Source: an uncultured delta proteobacterium
Lineage (GTDB): Bacteria; Myxococcota; Kuafuiibacteriia; Kuafuiibacteriales; Kuafuiibacteriaceae
DNA: 64,000 nucleotides
Assembly: GCA_963803435.1 (NCBI GenBank)
Contig: CAWDML010000001.1
Location: 2,016,001 to 2,080,000 of the forward strand
Direction of reading: 5' to 3'
In this document: in pieces, positions 38,472-48,207 of the stretch
How the letters are laid out: the number at the start of each line of letters is the position of its first letter
Numbering within the stretch: position 1 is the first letter of the stretch
Made by a program: the position numbers and the translations under genes
Notes under the pieces: generated by a model
Databases searched by the model: none
Told to the model about the DNA's origin: nothing
Seen by the model: only the letters and a program-made list of their open reading frames with translations

Positions 38472-41400
38472 TCAGAGCGCGTCGCCGTTGCTGAAGACCA
38501 GGACCACGCCCGGCACCCCGGTACAGGCGATCGCGACGTCTCCGCGCCCGTCACCGTCGAAGTCGGCGCTGACGAAGTCGACCGCGGCATCTCCGACGGC
38601 GATCGAGAGCGGCGGGAAGAATCCGCCGTTCGGCTTGCCGATCAGCGCCGAGGCCAGGCTGTTGTTGTTGAGCACCAGCACATCGTTGAGACCGTCCCCG
38701 TTGAAGTCGCCCGCCACCAGCCGCGAGGGAGAGGTCCCCGCCGCAAACGTGGCCGGTTGTGAGAAGCCGCCGCCCGGGAGGCCGAGCATCAACACGAGGC
38801 CGGGCGTGCCGACCGCCACGATGTCCGCGTCCTGATCGTTGCCCACGTACCCGACGGCGAGATCCGCGATCCCCGGCAGCGCCGTGTAGGTGGTCGCGTT
38901 CCAGCCGAGCCCGTTCCAGGTCGTGACCGTGATGTCGTTCGACGTGCCGTTCGCCACCGCGTAGAAGCGATCGACGGCGGTCACCGCGCGGGCACCGATG
39001 CCCTCGCTCCACTGGCGCAGGCGGACCTGCCCCCCGCCGGCGAAGTCCCAGACCTCGGAGCCATCGAACGCGCCCTGGACCGAGTCGAACGTGAAGACCG
39101 CTTCGCCGATGCCGTCGCCGTCGACGTCCGCGATGGCCACGTCCAGCGGCCGGGGGATGTCCATCGTCTGGAGCGCGAAGCCGCTGCCGTCGTTCACCAG
39201 CACCGCGGCAGTACCGTCGTGGGTCATCAAGTCCGCGGCGCCGGTGTTCGAGCCGACCGCGATGTCGAGCGGACCGAGGCCGTCGAGATCGCCGATGGCC
39301 ACCGAGGTGGGCGTGTTGATCGCAGTGCCGACGACCAGGGTCGCGCGCCGGGTAAAGCTCCCGCCGGCGTTCTGCCAGATCGAGACCCGCGCCGAGATCG
39401 TCCCCGTCTTGGCGAAGGCCAGCACCAGATCGTCCTGGCCGTCCGAGGCGTAGACGTCGCCGGTGGCGAGCGCGCGCGGCGCCGCCGAGGGCGTGAGGAC
39501 CGGCGCGGCCAGGAGGTCGCCGAGCCCGAGGTTCTTCGACCAAACCAGCGCTTGATCCGTGCTCCCGACCGCGAGGTAGTCGAGGTCGCCGTCGCCGTCG
39601 AGATCGAACAGCACCGGCTCGATCGGGTGGCGCCCGGTCACGAATCGACGCTGGGGCTCCAGCGGCAGCACCCCGCCGCCGAGGTTGTAGAGGAGGTCGA
39701 CGCCGTTGGCCTGGTAGCTGCTCACCACCACGTCCAGCGCGCCGTCCATGTCGAGATCCGCGAGCCGCACCTCCCGAGCCTGGGGCGCGAGCAGCGTGAG
39801 CTGGACGTTGAGGAACGTGCCGGGAGTGGCGGGATCGCCGCGCATCACCACCACCCCGCCAGACGCGGGGTTCAGGCCGGTGACCGTGGGGATGGCCGCG
39901 ACCACGTCTGGGAAGCCGTCGCCGGTGACGTCCCCGAGCGCGACGTACTGGGCCGGGCCGGGCGCGAAGCTGTCCTGTCCGGCGCCAAAGATCCCGTTGC
40001 CGGAGTTGCGGTAGGTCGTGATCACGTTGGACGTGCCGCCCCGCCCGATGACGACGTCGAGATCGCCGTCGCCATCGGCATCGGCGAGGAGGAGGTCCGT
40101 GACGCTGCCGACCAGTCCGTAGGCATTGAGGAAGGTGAACGCACCGTTGGCCTCGTTGCGGATCACCAGTGCATCGACCCCGTTGGGGCCGCTCAAGACC
40201 ACGTCGGCGTCCCCGTCGCCGTCGAGGTCCCCTGCCTGGAGGAAGTTGTACGTGTTGAACTGCGCGAAGGTCGCCGTCACGTCGGGAGCGCTGTCGAAGA
40301 CACCGCCGTCGTTGAGGTACATGCGGACCTTGTTGGCGTCGACGGTGAACAGATCCAAATCGCCGTCGCCGTCCGTGTCGATCAGCGCGAGCCGGGTGGC
40401 ACCGTTCACGGTGTCGAGCACGCGCGCGGCCTCAGGGCTCCAGCTGCCGCCGGCGCCGATCGTCCCGGTGAGGACTTGAAGCTTGTTGCCGCCCGCCACC
40501 ACATCGGGAACACCGTCGCCGTCCACGTCGCCGACCGCGATGCCGTCGGAGGTGAAGCCGTTCGCCAGGAGCCGCGAGGGCGCGACCCGGAACGTCGGCG
40601 GTCGTACGATGATGACGGTCGAGGCGACCTCCCCGATCCGTCCATCGACGTCGTAGGCGACCGCTCTGATCACGGCCGTCGCGCGGGGGTAGAACAGGAA
40701 GTCGAACGAGGCGCGATACTCGTTGTTGGTGAAGGTGGCCGCCAGCGGCTCGCCGTCGAGCGTCATCTCGACCCGCGAGATCGCCTTCCCAATCGGTGAG
40801 GTCGCCGTGGCGCGGATGGCGGTGACCCCGAAGACTCCGTCACCGTCCGCCGGCGTGACCACCACGCGAGGCACCCGGTCGGAGTTGTCGACGATGAGCG
40901 ACAGGCTGGCGGAGCCGACGTTGCCGACGGGCATGTCGTCGACGATTGTCGCGTCGAAGGCCCGCGCCGGGATCACCAGCGGCCCGCCGGGCAACAGCTC
41001 GGTGTCGACGGACAGCTCCAGCGGGCTGGTGCCGACCATCCCCAGCGCCTCGACCGAGCGGATGCCGGCCGCATCGACCGCAGTGACGGTGATGCTGGCC
41101 GTGCGCGAGACCACCGAGCCCGCCGCCGGCCGGGTGAACACGACGAGCGGCGGGGTATTGTCGATGGCGATCACGACCGACGTGGAGGCGCTGTTGCCGC
41201 GAATGTCGACGGCGCTGATGGTGACGGTCGCCGTGCCGTCGGTGATCGACGAGGTGTCGACCCAGGTCCGATAGGGCGCGCTCGTCGCCGTGTGCACCAG
41301 GTTGCCGCTCAGCGAAAACTCGACCTCGGCCACGCCGGACTGATCCTGGACGCCCGCCTCGATCCGGAGCCGCCCGCCGTAGCTCTTTCCGGCGAGCGGG

Positions 41401-42089
41401 CTGAGCGGGGTGACCGTGGGCGGAGTCCGGTTGTCGAGCAGCACGTCGCGGCTCGCCCGCCCGACCTTGCCCGCGACGTCGAGCAGCTCGACCGAGATCG
41501 TGGCCGGGCCGTCGACCAACCCCTGCGCGAGGCTGTCGACCACGAAGGTCGCCGTCTGGCTGGAGATGGGCGGGGTGAAGTCGCGCGACGCGACCGGCAC
41601 GCTGTCGACGAAGACCTGCGCGCTCACCACGCCGACGTCATCGAACAGCTCGGCGACCACGTCGAAGGTGCCGAAGAGGATCGCGCCCTCGTCCGGAGCG
41701 ACGATGGAGACGCTGGGCGCCTTCTTGTCGCCGCAATCGAGCTCGTCGACCTGCCCGTCGCAGTCGTTGTCCTTGCCGTCGCCGCAGATCTCGGGCTTCT
41801 TGGACGAAACCTCCGGATCGTGATCGTCGCAGTCGGCCCCGCCGCCCTGGGGCGAATCCTCGCCGTCCCGATCGAGGTCGTGGTCGGGCGTCCTCGGGTC
41901 GCAGTCGTTGTCGAGACCGTCGTAGGGAACCTCGGTCGCGTCGCAAGGCGCGCAGGTCCCCGCCATCCCGAAGGACGCCTCGCACCGCATCCCGGTGCCG
42001 CAGTTTCGATCGTCGAAGCACTTCTCTCCTTTCCCACCGCAACCGGTAAAGAGGAGGAGGAGCGCGGCGAAAAGGAGCGGACGGGGCAT
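38472..42089 (-). CDS. Large surface lipoprotein: Cys-rich MopE-type motifs, Ig-like domains, FG-GAP/VCBS repeats
   Basis: Lipobox FTGC; EICGDGKDNDCDG; DN.PP Ig linkers; many GD.DGDG..D repeats. Confidence 0.88.
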   Translation of the reverse strand: MPRPLLFAALLLLFTGCGGKGEKCFDDRNCGTGMRCEASFGMAGTCAPCDATEVPYDGLDNDCDPRTPDHDLDRDGEDSPQGGGADCDDHDPEVSSKKPEICGDGKDNDCDGQVDELDCGDKKAPSVSIVAPDEGAILFGTFDVVAELFDDVGVVSAQVFVDSVPVASRDFTPPISSQTATFVVDSLAQGLVDGPATISVELLDVAGKVGRASRDVLLDNRTPPTVTPLSPLAGKSYGGRLRIEAGVQDQSGVAEVEFSLSGNLVHTATSAPYRTWVDTSSITDGTATVTISAVDIRGNSASTSVVIAIDNTPPLVVFTRPAAGSVVSRTASITVTAVDAAGIRSVEALGMVGTSPLELSVDTELLPGGPLVIPARAFDATIVDDMPVGNVGSASLSLIVDNSDRVPRVVVTPADGDGVFGVTAIRATATSPIGKAISRVEMTLDGEPLAATFTNNEYRASFDFLFYPRATAVIRAVAYDVDGRIGEVASTVIIVRPPTFRVAPSRLLANGFTSDGIAVGDVDGDGVPDVVAGGNKLQVLTGTIGAGGSWSPEAARVLDTVNGATRLALIDTDGDGDLDLFTVDANKVRMYLNDGGVFDSAPDVTATFAQFNTYNFLQAGDLDGDGDADVVLSGPNGVDALVIRNEANGAFTFLNAYGLVGSVTDLLLADADGDGDLDVVIGRGGTSNVITTYRNSGNGIFGAGQDSFAPGPAQYVALGDVTGDGFPDVVAAIPTVTGLNPASGGVVVMRGDPATPGTFLNVQLTLLAPQAREVRLADLDMDGALDVVVSSYQANGVDLLYNLGGGVLPLEPQRRFVTGRHPIEPVLFDLDGDGDLDYLAVGSTDQALVWSKNLGLGDLLAAPVLTPSAAPRALATGDVYASDGQDDLVLAFAKTGTISARVSIWQNAGGSFTRRATLVVGTAINTPTSVAIGDLDGLGPLDIAVGSNTGAADLMTHDGTAAVLVNDGSGFALQTMDIPRPLDVAIADVDGDGIGEAVFTFDSVQGAFDGSEVWDFAGGGQVRLRQWSEGIGARAVTAVDRFYAVANGTSNDITVTTWNGLGWNATTYTALPGIADLAVGYVGNDQDADIVAVGTPGLVLMLGLPGGGFSQPATFAAGTSPSRLVAGDFNGDGLNDVLVLNNNSLASALIGKPNGGFFPPLSIAVGDAAVDFVSADFDGDGRGDVAIACTGVPGVVLVFSNGDAL

Positions 42090-42144
42090 CGGGGCGAATG
42101 GTCGGTTTCACCCCGATCGCCGTCAAGGCGACGCCCTGAGTGTG

Positions 42145-42429
42145 TCAGCGGGACGACATGTCGTACTTCTTGATGAGGCGGTGCAGGTAGACCCGATCAA
42201 TCCCCGCAGCGCGGGCGGCCCGGGATACGTTGTGGTTGTATCGGCCCAGGATCCCGCGCACGTACTCGCGCTCGAATGCGGCGATGATCCTCGCCCGGGC
42301 GACCTTGTACGGCATCTCGCACAGCTCCGGCGGTGGGTCTTCCGCCCGCAGGAACGCCTGGCTGATGTTCGTCGTCGTCGTCGTCGTCGTCGTCGTCGGT
42401 TCGAATTGGTGCGCGTGTTCCATCGACAT
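42145..42429 (-). CDS. Small stand-alone Fis-type HTH protein
   Basis: FEREYV..L....NVSRAARAAGIDRVYLHRLIKKY. Confidence 0.65.
   Translation of the reverse strand: MSMEHAHQFEPTTTTTTTTTNISQAFLRAEDPPPELCEMPYKVARARIIAAFEREYVRGILGRYNHNVSRAARAAGIDRVYLHRLIKKYDMSSR
42370..42396. repeat. (CGT)9 trinucleotide repeat encoding poly-Thr on the minus strand
   Basis: Read directly from the sequence. Confidence 0.9.
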
Positions 42430-42508
42430 TCATTGTCGGTGAGGGACCGTCTACACGCGCTTACGTGTCCCTTACACCACAGTGGTTGCCCCGAAGGAGT
42501 GTCACCGG

Positions 42509-42898
42509 TCAGCGGTAGGTGAGATCGATGTCGTAGCCGTTGTCTGCGTTGGCTTCGATGAAGACGTCCGACGTTTCCGACCGATACAGGACGCGGTCGA
42601 AGACATCGAGGCCGGTCAGCTCAATCGTCCACCAGCCCTCGTCGACCTGTTCGTAGACGACGCCGGCGAGCGAGCAATCGTATCGGGAGTCGTCGTAGGT
42701 GAAGCCGTCGGGATCGACCAGGACGATGTGCACGTCGACGACGTCGCCGCAGTCACCGTAGCCGTCGAAGGTCCACGACACCGAGAGATCACCGCGCGGC
42801 GGCCCGCGATCGATCGGACCATTGTCTTCGATCGCGACGACACAGCTGGACGCGGCCAGCGTGATCCCGAGGGCGAGGGTGGCGCTGAAAAGTCGCAT
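42509..42898 (-). CDS. Small lipoprotein
   Basis: MRLFSATLALGITLAASSC, followed by an acidic beta-rich domain with two Cys. Confidence 0.7.
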   Translation of the reverse strand: MRLFSATLALGITLAASSCVVAIEDNGPIDRGPPRGDLSVSWTFDGYGDCGDVVDVHIVLVDPDGFTYDDSRYDCSLAGVVYEQVDEGWWTIELTGLDVFDRVLYRSETSDVFIEANADNGYDIDLTYR

Positions 42899-43033
42899 CC
42901 AGTCGGAGCCCGCAACGCGCGTGCCATCGTCCCTTCCCACCGCAAGCGTAGCTCCCGCAAGGAAACGATGTATCGCGTCTGCGACAGTATTCGCTCTTCC
43001 CACCCGCCGCTCATACGACCAAACTGCCCCGCC

Positions 43034-44308
43034 GTGCGCTTGTACGACGAGCTTCGGGCCCGACACCTGATCCATCAGTTCACCGAGCACGACACACCGC
43101 TGCCGGACCTGCTCGACCGGCCGCAGATCGTGTACGCGGGTTTCGACCCGACCGCCGACAGCCTCCACGTCGGAAACCTGGTGCCGCTCCTGGGGCTGCG
43201 GCGTTTTCAGGGCGCCGGACACCAGGTGATCGCGCTCGCGGGCGGCGCCACCGGCATGGTCGGCGATCCCAGCGGCAAGAGCGAGGAGCGCAACCTGCTC
43301 ACGCCGGAGATCCTGCAAGGCAACCTGCGCGCGATCAAAGGCCAGCTCGAGCGGCTGCTCGACTTCACCGGCAGCAAGCCCGCGCGCCTGGTCGACAACT
43401 ACGACTGGACCGAGGGCGTCGGCCTCCTCGACTTCCTGAGGGACGTCGGCAAGCACTTCTCGATCAACGCGATGATCAAGAAGGACTCCGTCAGCGCCCG
43501 GCTCGAGCGCGAGGGCGACGGCATCTCGTACACCGAGTTCAGCTACATGCTCCTGCAGGCGTACGACTTCTACGTGCTGGCCCGGGATCACGGCTGCACG
43601 ATGCAGATCGGCGGGAGCGACCAGTGGGGCAACATCACGGCGGGCGTCGAGCTGATCCGCCGCCGCCTGAGCCGCGCCGCGGTCGGCCTCACCTTCCCGC
43701 TGCTCCTCAACTCCGACGGCGCCAAGTTCGGAAAGTCCGCCAAGGGTTCGGTCTGGCTCGACCCGAAGAAGACCAGCCCCTTCGCCTTCCGTCAGTTCTG
43801 GTTCAAGACACCCGACAGCGACGTCATCTCGCGGCTCAACTACTTCAGCTTCGTCCCGGTGGACGAGATCCGCGAGCTCGCGCTGATGACCGAGCCCAAC
43901 CGCGCGCAGCGACGCCTGGCCGAGCACATGACCGCCCTCGTCCACGGCCAGGACGAGGCTGACAAGGTGGAGCGGGCCGCCCAGGTCCTGTTCAATCCCA
44001 AGGGGGACCTCCGCGAGATCCCCCTCGAGTACGTCGCCGACGCCTTCGAGGGCGCCCCGGTGATCGACCTGCCGAAGGATCGCTTCCAGGGGGAGGGCGT
44101 CGCCTGGCTGGACCTGGTCTCCGAGGTGGTCCACGCCGGCAAGCGCGGCGCCGCCAAGCGGGACGTGGAGCAGAACGCCGTCGCGCTCAACGGGGAGAAG
44201 CTCGGCGTCGCGGACGCGCGCATCACGGGCGAGCGGCTGCTCCACGATCGGTTCCTGGTGATCCGGCGCGGCAAGCGGGATCAGTTCTTGGTGCGGGTGG
44301 TTGACTGA
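43034..44308 (+). CDS. tyrS: Tyrosine--tRNA ligase
   Basis: YAGFDPTADSLHVGN, QIGGSDQWGN, KFGKS and C-terminal S4 domain. Confidence 0.97.
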   Translation: MRLYDELRARHLIHQFTEHDTPLPDLLDRPQIVYAGFDPTADSLHVGNLVPLLGLRRFQGAGHQVIALAGGATGMVGDPSGKSEERNLLTPEILQGNLRAIKGQLERLLDFTGSKPARLVDNYDWTEGVGLLDFLRDVGKHFSINAMIKKDSVSARLEREGDGISYTEFSYMLLQAYDFYVLARDHGCTMQIGGSDQWGNITAGVELIRRRLSRAAVGLTFPLLLNSDGAKFGKSAKGSVWLDPKKTSPFAFRQFWFKTPDSDVISRLNYFSFVPVDEIRELALMTEPNRAQRRLAEHMTALVHGQDEADKVERAAQVLFNPKGDLREIPLEYVADAFEGAPVIDLPKDRFQGEGVAWLDLVSEVVHAGKRGAAKRDVEQNAVALNGEKLGVADARITGERLLHDRFLVIRRGKRDQFLVRVVD

Positions 44309-44357
44309 CCCGTCTGCGTCTCCACCTGCGCGACTGTCACGGTCGCAGTCGGGGCGA

Positions 44358-45671
44358 TCAATCGCTGCGGAGGTGCGGCAACCCCATCGTCATCGCCAGC
44401 GGCAGCGCCAGAAACAGAGCGCTGGCGACGTACGGCGTGGAGGCGCCGAAGCGCCAGTAGAGCGTGCCGCCGAGCAGCGGGCCGATCGCGCGGCTGAGCG
44501 CACCCAGCGAGCGAAACAGACCCAGCGCGAAGCCTTGCTGCTCCTCGGGCGCGTACTTGGATACGAGCGCGGAGGTCGACGGAATGACGAGCGCCGAGCC
44601 GAACGCCATGGCGCCCAGGCCCAGGTAGAAGAGGCTGGTGCTGGCCGCCCAACCGACCAGGACGAAGCCGGGGACGACAGCGGCGAGGCCGAGCTGCACC
44701 AGCTTGCGCTCGCCGAGCTTGGGCGCGAGCCGCCGGAGCAGGCCACCCTGCACGAGCGCGATGATCAACCCGATGAACACGAACATGCTGCCGTTGTCGC
44801 GCGGGGTGTAGCCGAACCGCTCGACCGTGAGGAAGACCAGCGTGAACTCCATCGCGGAGAACGCGGTGAGGAACAGGAAGGAGATCCCGTTGACGCGCTG
44901 GACGCCCGGCTCGGAGACACCGCGGATCAGCTTGATCGGATTCGCGGTGCGCACGGTCCCGTGCTTGCCGCGCTGGGAGGCGGGCAAGGTCTCGGGGAAG
45001 CGGGTCACCGCCACCGCGAGATTGATCATGGAAAGGACGAACGCGATCAGCGCGGCGGCGGAGAATGGGTTCACGCCCAGCGCCACGCCGCCCGGCCAGG
45101 TCTGGGTGAGGTCGAAGAAGGACGAGAGGCCGCCGAGGGCGGGGCCGAGGATGAAGCCGAGACCGATCGAGGCGCCGACCATGCCCATGCCTTTGGCGCG
45201 GTTGGCGGGCGTGGTGGTGTCCGCGACGACGGCGGTGACCGTGGCCAGGTTGCCGGCCATCGCGCCGCCGATCAGGCGCGCGACCACCAGCATCGCGAAG
45301 TTGCCGGCGAAGAACCAGCCGACGTAGCTGAGCGCGGTGCCCGTGAGCGTGATGAGGATGGTGGGGCGCCGACCGATCCGATCGGAGAGCCCGCCCCAGA
45401 ACGGCGCGAAGACGAACTGGAGCATCGAGTAGAGCGAGCCCAACAGCCCGCCGAACAGCACCGTCACCAGGAACTCGCTGTTCGCGCTCCCTGCGGCGGC
45501 GTCGCGGAGAAAAGCGATGCCGTGGCCCAGCGCGCTGCCGGCGCCCTCGAGCTCGAGGTAGTGCTCGAGCATGTGCGGGAACAGCGGGAAGATGATCGAG
45601 AAGCCGATCAGATCCAAAAACGCGGTCAGGATCGCGACAACCGGAAGCTTCTTTTCGCCTGCGTCCGGCAT
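44358..45671 (-). CDS. MFS transporter (TetA/DHA1-like)
   Basis: GGLSDRIGRRP motif A and GFILGPALGG motif C. Confidence 0.9.
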   Translation of the reverse strand: MPDAGEKKLPVVAILTAFLDLIGFSIIFPLFPHMLEHYLELEGAGSALGHGIAFLRDAAAGSANSEFLVTVLFGGLLGSLYSMLQFVFAPFWGGLSDRIGRRPTILITLTGTALSYVGWFFAGNFAMLVVARLIGGAMAGNLATVTAVVADTTTPANRAKGMGMVGASIGLGFILGPALGGLSSFFDLTQTWPGGVALGVNPFSAAALIAFVLSMINLAVAVTRFPETLPASQRGKHGTVRTANPIKLIRGVSEPGVQRVNGISFLFLTAFSAMEFTLVFLTVERFGYTPRDNGSMFVFIGLIIALVQGGLLRRLAPKLGERKLVQLGLAAVVPGFVLVGWAASTSLFYLGLGAMAFGSALVIPSTSALVSKYAPEEQQGFALGLFRSLGALSRAIGPLLGGTLYWRFGASTPYVASALFLALPLAMTMGLPHLRSD

Positions 45672-45749
45672 ACTCGCTGTGCTCGATACACGAGGTCCGG
45701 GATCCGGTCCACGCCCTTGGGGAGCGCCTTGCGGGCAACCATGTACGGA

Positions 45750-46835
45750 CTACCAGCGTTCTTCGTCGTTCCTCGGAGCGGCGGGCCACACGGGCGCAGT
45801 CTCACCGTTGAGGGTGGTGCCGCCGTGGGAGAATGCGCCGGAATTCACCAGGAAATCGGCGGGAAAATTCAGCGCGGGCTTCGACACGGCGTCGAGGACG
45901 GCCACCTGATCCGGCGACAAGCGAACCTCGAGCGCACCCACGTTGTCTTCGAGCTGCTGCATCGTGCGGGCGCCGACGATCGTCGAGGTCACGCCGGATC
46001 GCGATTGCACCCACGCGAGCGCAACCCGCGCCGGAGTGGTGTCGAGCGTCGAGGCCGTTTCGAGCAGCGCGTCGATGACGTCGTAGGTCCGATCGTTCAG
46101 CGCCTGAAGGGCGAAGTCGCCGCGGTCGGCGGTCACCGAGCCGTGATTCTGGCGCGTGTACTTGCCGGAGAGGACGCCCGACTTGAGCGGCGACCAGGGC
46201 GTGATCCCGAGCCCCATCTCCTGGGCCATCGGCACCAGCTCACCCTCCACGGTGCGCTCGATCAGCGAGTACTCGAGCTGGAGCGCCGAGAGCGGCGTCA
46301 GCGCGTCCATGCGCGCCAGCATCTGGGCCTCGACGCACTTCCAGGCGGGCGTGTCGGAGAAGCCGAGGTAGCGGACCTTGCCCGAGCGGACCAGGTCGTC
46401 CAGCGCGCGCATCGTCTCCTCGATCGGCGTGTGCTTGTCCCAGCAGTGCATCCAGTAGAGATCGATGTAATCGGTCTGCAAGCGTCGGAGCGACTGCTCG
46501 CAGGCAGCGATCAGCGACTTGCGCCCGGCGCCGCCGCCGTTCGGATCACCCACGTAGAGGTTGCTCAAGAACTTCGTCGCGATCACGAGCCGCTCGCGCC
46601 GCGAGGGGTGGCGCCCGATGTGGTCGCCGATGATGCGCTCCGAGTGGCCGCGGGTGTACGCGTTGGCCGTGTCGATGAAGTTTCCGCCCAGCTCCACGTA
46701 GCGATCGATGATCGCGGTCGAGTCCTTGACGCTGGAGCCCCAGCCCCAGTCTTCACCGAAGGTCATCCCGCCCAGGCAGAGCGGGCTCACGCGCAGTCCA
46801 GAGTGTCCGAGGGTCACGTAGTGGTCGAGTGGCAT
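45750..46835 (-). CDS. Aldo/keto reductase
   Basis: LGHSGLRVSPLCLG, DTANAY, SLRRLQTDYIDLY and PWSPL motifs. Confidence 0.93.
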   Translation of the reverse strand: MPLDHYVTLGHSGLRVSPLCLGGMTFGEDWGWGSSVKDSTAIIDRYVELGGNFIDTANAYTRGHSERIIGDHIGRHPSRRERLVIATKFLSNLYVGDPNGGGAGRKSLIAACEQSLRRLQTDYIDLYWMHCWDKHTPIEETMRALDDLVRSGKVRYLGFSDTPAWKCVEAQMLARMDALTPLSALQLEYSLIERTVEGELVPMAQEMGLGITPWSPLKSGVLSGKYTRQNHGSVTADRGDFALQALNDRTYDVIDALLETASTLDTTPARVALAWVQSRSGVTSTIVGARTMQQLEDNVGALEVRLSPDQVAVLDAVSKPALNFPADFLVNSGAFSHGGTTLNGETAPVWPAAPRNDEERW

Positions 46836-46899
46836 GCCGGCTCGATAGCACACGCGGTGAGGTCGTGCTCCTGCGCGATGGAGCACTGGCCTCCTGGCC

Positions 46900-47361
46900 T
46901 CAGGGGTCCTGGGCCGCCTCGCAGGCGACCCGGGCGCCGGCCTGACACGCTCGATCGAAAGCGCTCTTGGCCGCCGCGGGATCGCGATCATACGAGCGAC
47001 CGCTGATCGCCGGCACCCGCAGCGCGTGGCGGTGGATCATCCCGGCGATGGTGCAGCTGGTCGCCACCTCGCGGCCGGCCTCGCAGGAGGCCAGGTAGTC
47101 TTTGCCGAAGTGGGCCAGGGTGTTGCAGCCGGCGCTGCTCCCCTGAAAGCAGGCGCACTGGGCGAGCGCGAGCAGCCCTTCGCCGGTCTCGGCGGTCTCG
47201 CCCCGTTGCTCGGCGAGCTCGACGGTCATTTGATAGCAGCTCTGGCCGTCGTCGCAGGGACAGGTGAGCTCGGTCGGATTCTGCGGGTGGTAGCCGAGCG
47301 GGCCGGAGGTGACGCAGGCGGCGACCACGGCGGCGAGGAGCGGGGCCAAGCGGGCGGCCAT
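46900..47361 (-). CDS. Cys-rich lipoprotein with Sel1-like repeats
   Basis: Lipobox VAAC; AC..G...GC repeat units. Confidence 0.6.
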   Translation of the reverse strand: MAARLAPLLAAVVAACVTSGPLGYHPQNPTELTCPCDDGQSCYQMTVELAEQRGETAETGEGLLALAQCACFQGSSAGCNTLAHFGKDYLASCEAGREVATSCTIAGMIHRHALRVPAISGRSYDRDPAAAKSAFDRACQAGARVACEAAQDP

Positions 47362-47516
47362 CGAGCGCAAGATGGCCGAAAACGCGGGCCGGCTCAAATC
47401 CGTGAGCGCGCGCGCAGCGATCGAGCGGGTTGACCAACCAAGCGCAAGCCAGGTTGACACCGCGCCCGCGGCCCCGTCGCCTTGATACCAGGCGCCGTTT
47501 CGGCGATGACGGACCT

Positions 47517-47843
47517 GTGAACGAGCTCTACTCGGTCGGATTCATGCTGATCGGCGGCATCTCCTTGCTCGTCGCCGTGTTGACCGGAGCGGCTGGACTC
47601 CGTGTGTTGAGCTACGCGCGCGACAAGAAGTGGACCGGGTCGTGGCCGATGTTGCTGGCGGTCGGAACCGGCCTCGGCTTGGTCTCCTCGATCGGGTTCC
47701 AGGTCGTGTCCGTCATCCAGTCGTCGGGCCCCGCGCTGAACCTGCTGATGATCGCCGTCGATCTGGCGGGCTCGGCCCTGATGATCGCCGCGCTGGCGAG
47801 CATCCAGCTCCCGAAGGAGGTCGACCCGTGGGCGAGTCGCTGA
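47517..47843 (+). CDS. Small 3-TM membrane protein
   Basis: Three hydrophobic segments; overlaps the next gene. Confidence 0.55.
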   Translation: MNELYSVGFMLIGGISLLVAVLTGAAGLRVLSYARDKKWTGSWPMLLAVGTGLGLVSSIGFQVVSVIQSSGPALNLLMIAVDLAGSALMIAALASIQLPKEVDPWASR

Positions 47844-48157
47844 CCCAGATCTACTCGGTCGTCTCGTTGCTGTTCATCGTCGCTTCGATGGGGACGGCGA
47901 TCGCCGCGTTCATGAAGCTGTCGACCACGCCCGCCGGCCTCGCGATCGGCGGCTCCTCGGTCGGCTCGGCGCTCGTCAGCATCCTGGGGCGGGTCCTTCG
48001 TCTCTTCGCAAGCCCGGAACAGATGCTCCCCATCTCGCTGGCGTCCAGCCTGATCGGCGTCCTTCTCGCCATGGTGCTCGCCGCAGGCATCTTCCTGCTG
48101 CCCGAGAGCATCGATCGGTTGATCGAGCAGTCGCGGGCCACCACCGTGCCTCGATGA
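47828..48157 (+). CDS. Small 3-TM membrane protein
   Basis: GGAGG RBS before GTG; three hydrophobic segments. Confidence 0.55.
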   Translation: MGESLTQIYSVVSLLFIVASMGTAIAAFMKLSTTPAGLAIGGSSVGSALVSILGRVLRLFASPEQMLPISLASSLIGVLLAMVLAAGIFLLPESIDRLIEQSRATTVPR

Positions 48158-48207
48158 GCGTACGCGCACGCTTTCCGCCCGCCGGGATCTGTGGCCTGCT
48201 TCCGAGC

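Noticed and set aside
35348-38494. 1048-aa transglycosylase fusion protein
   Set aside because: The C-terminal part is antisense read-through of the glycosyltransferase caused by a probable frameshift near 37285.
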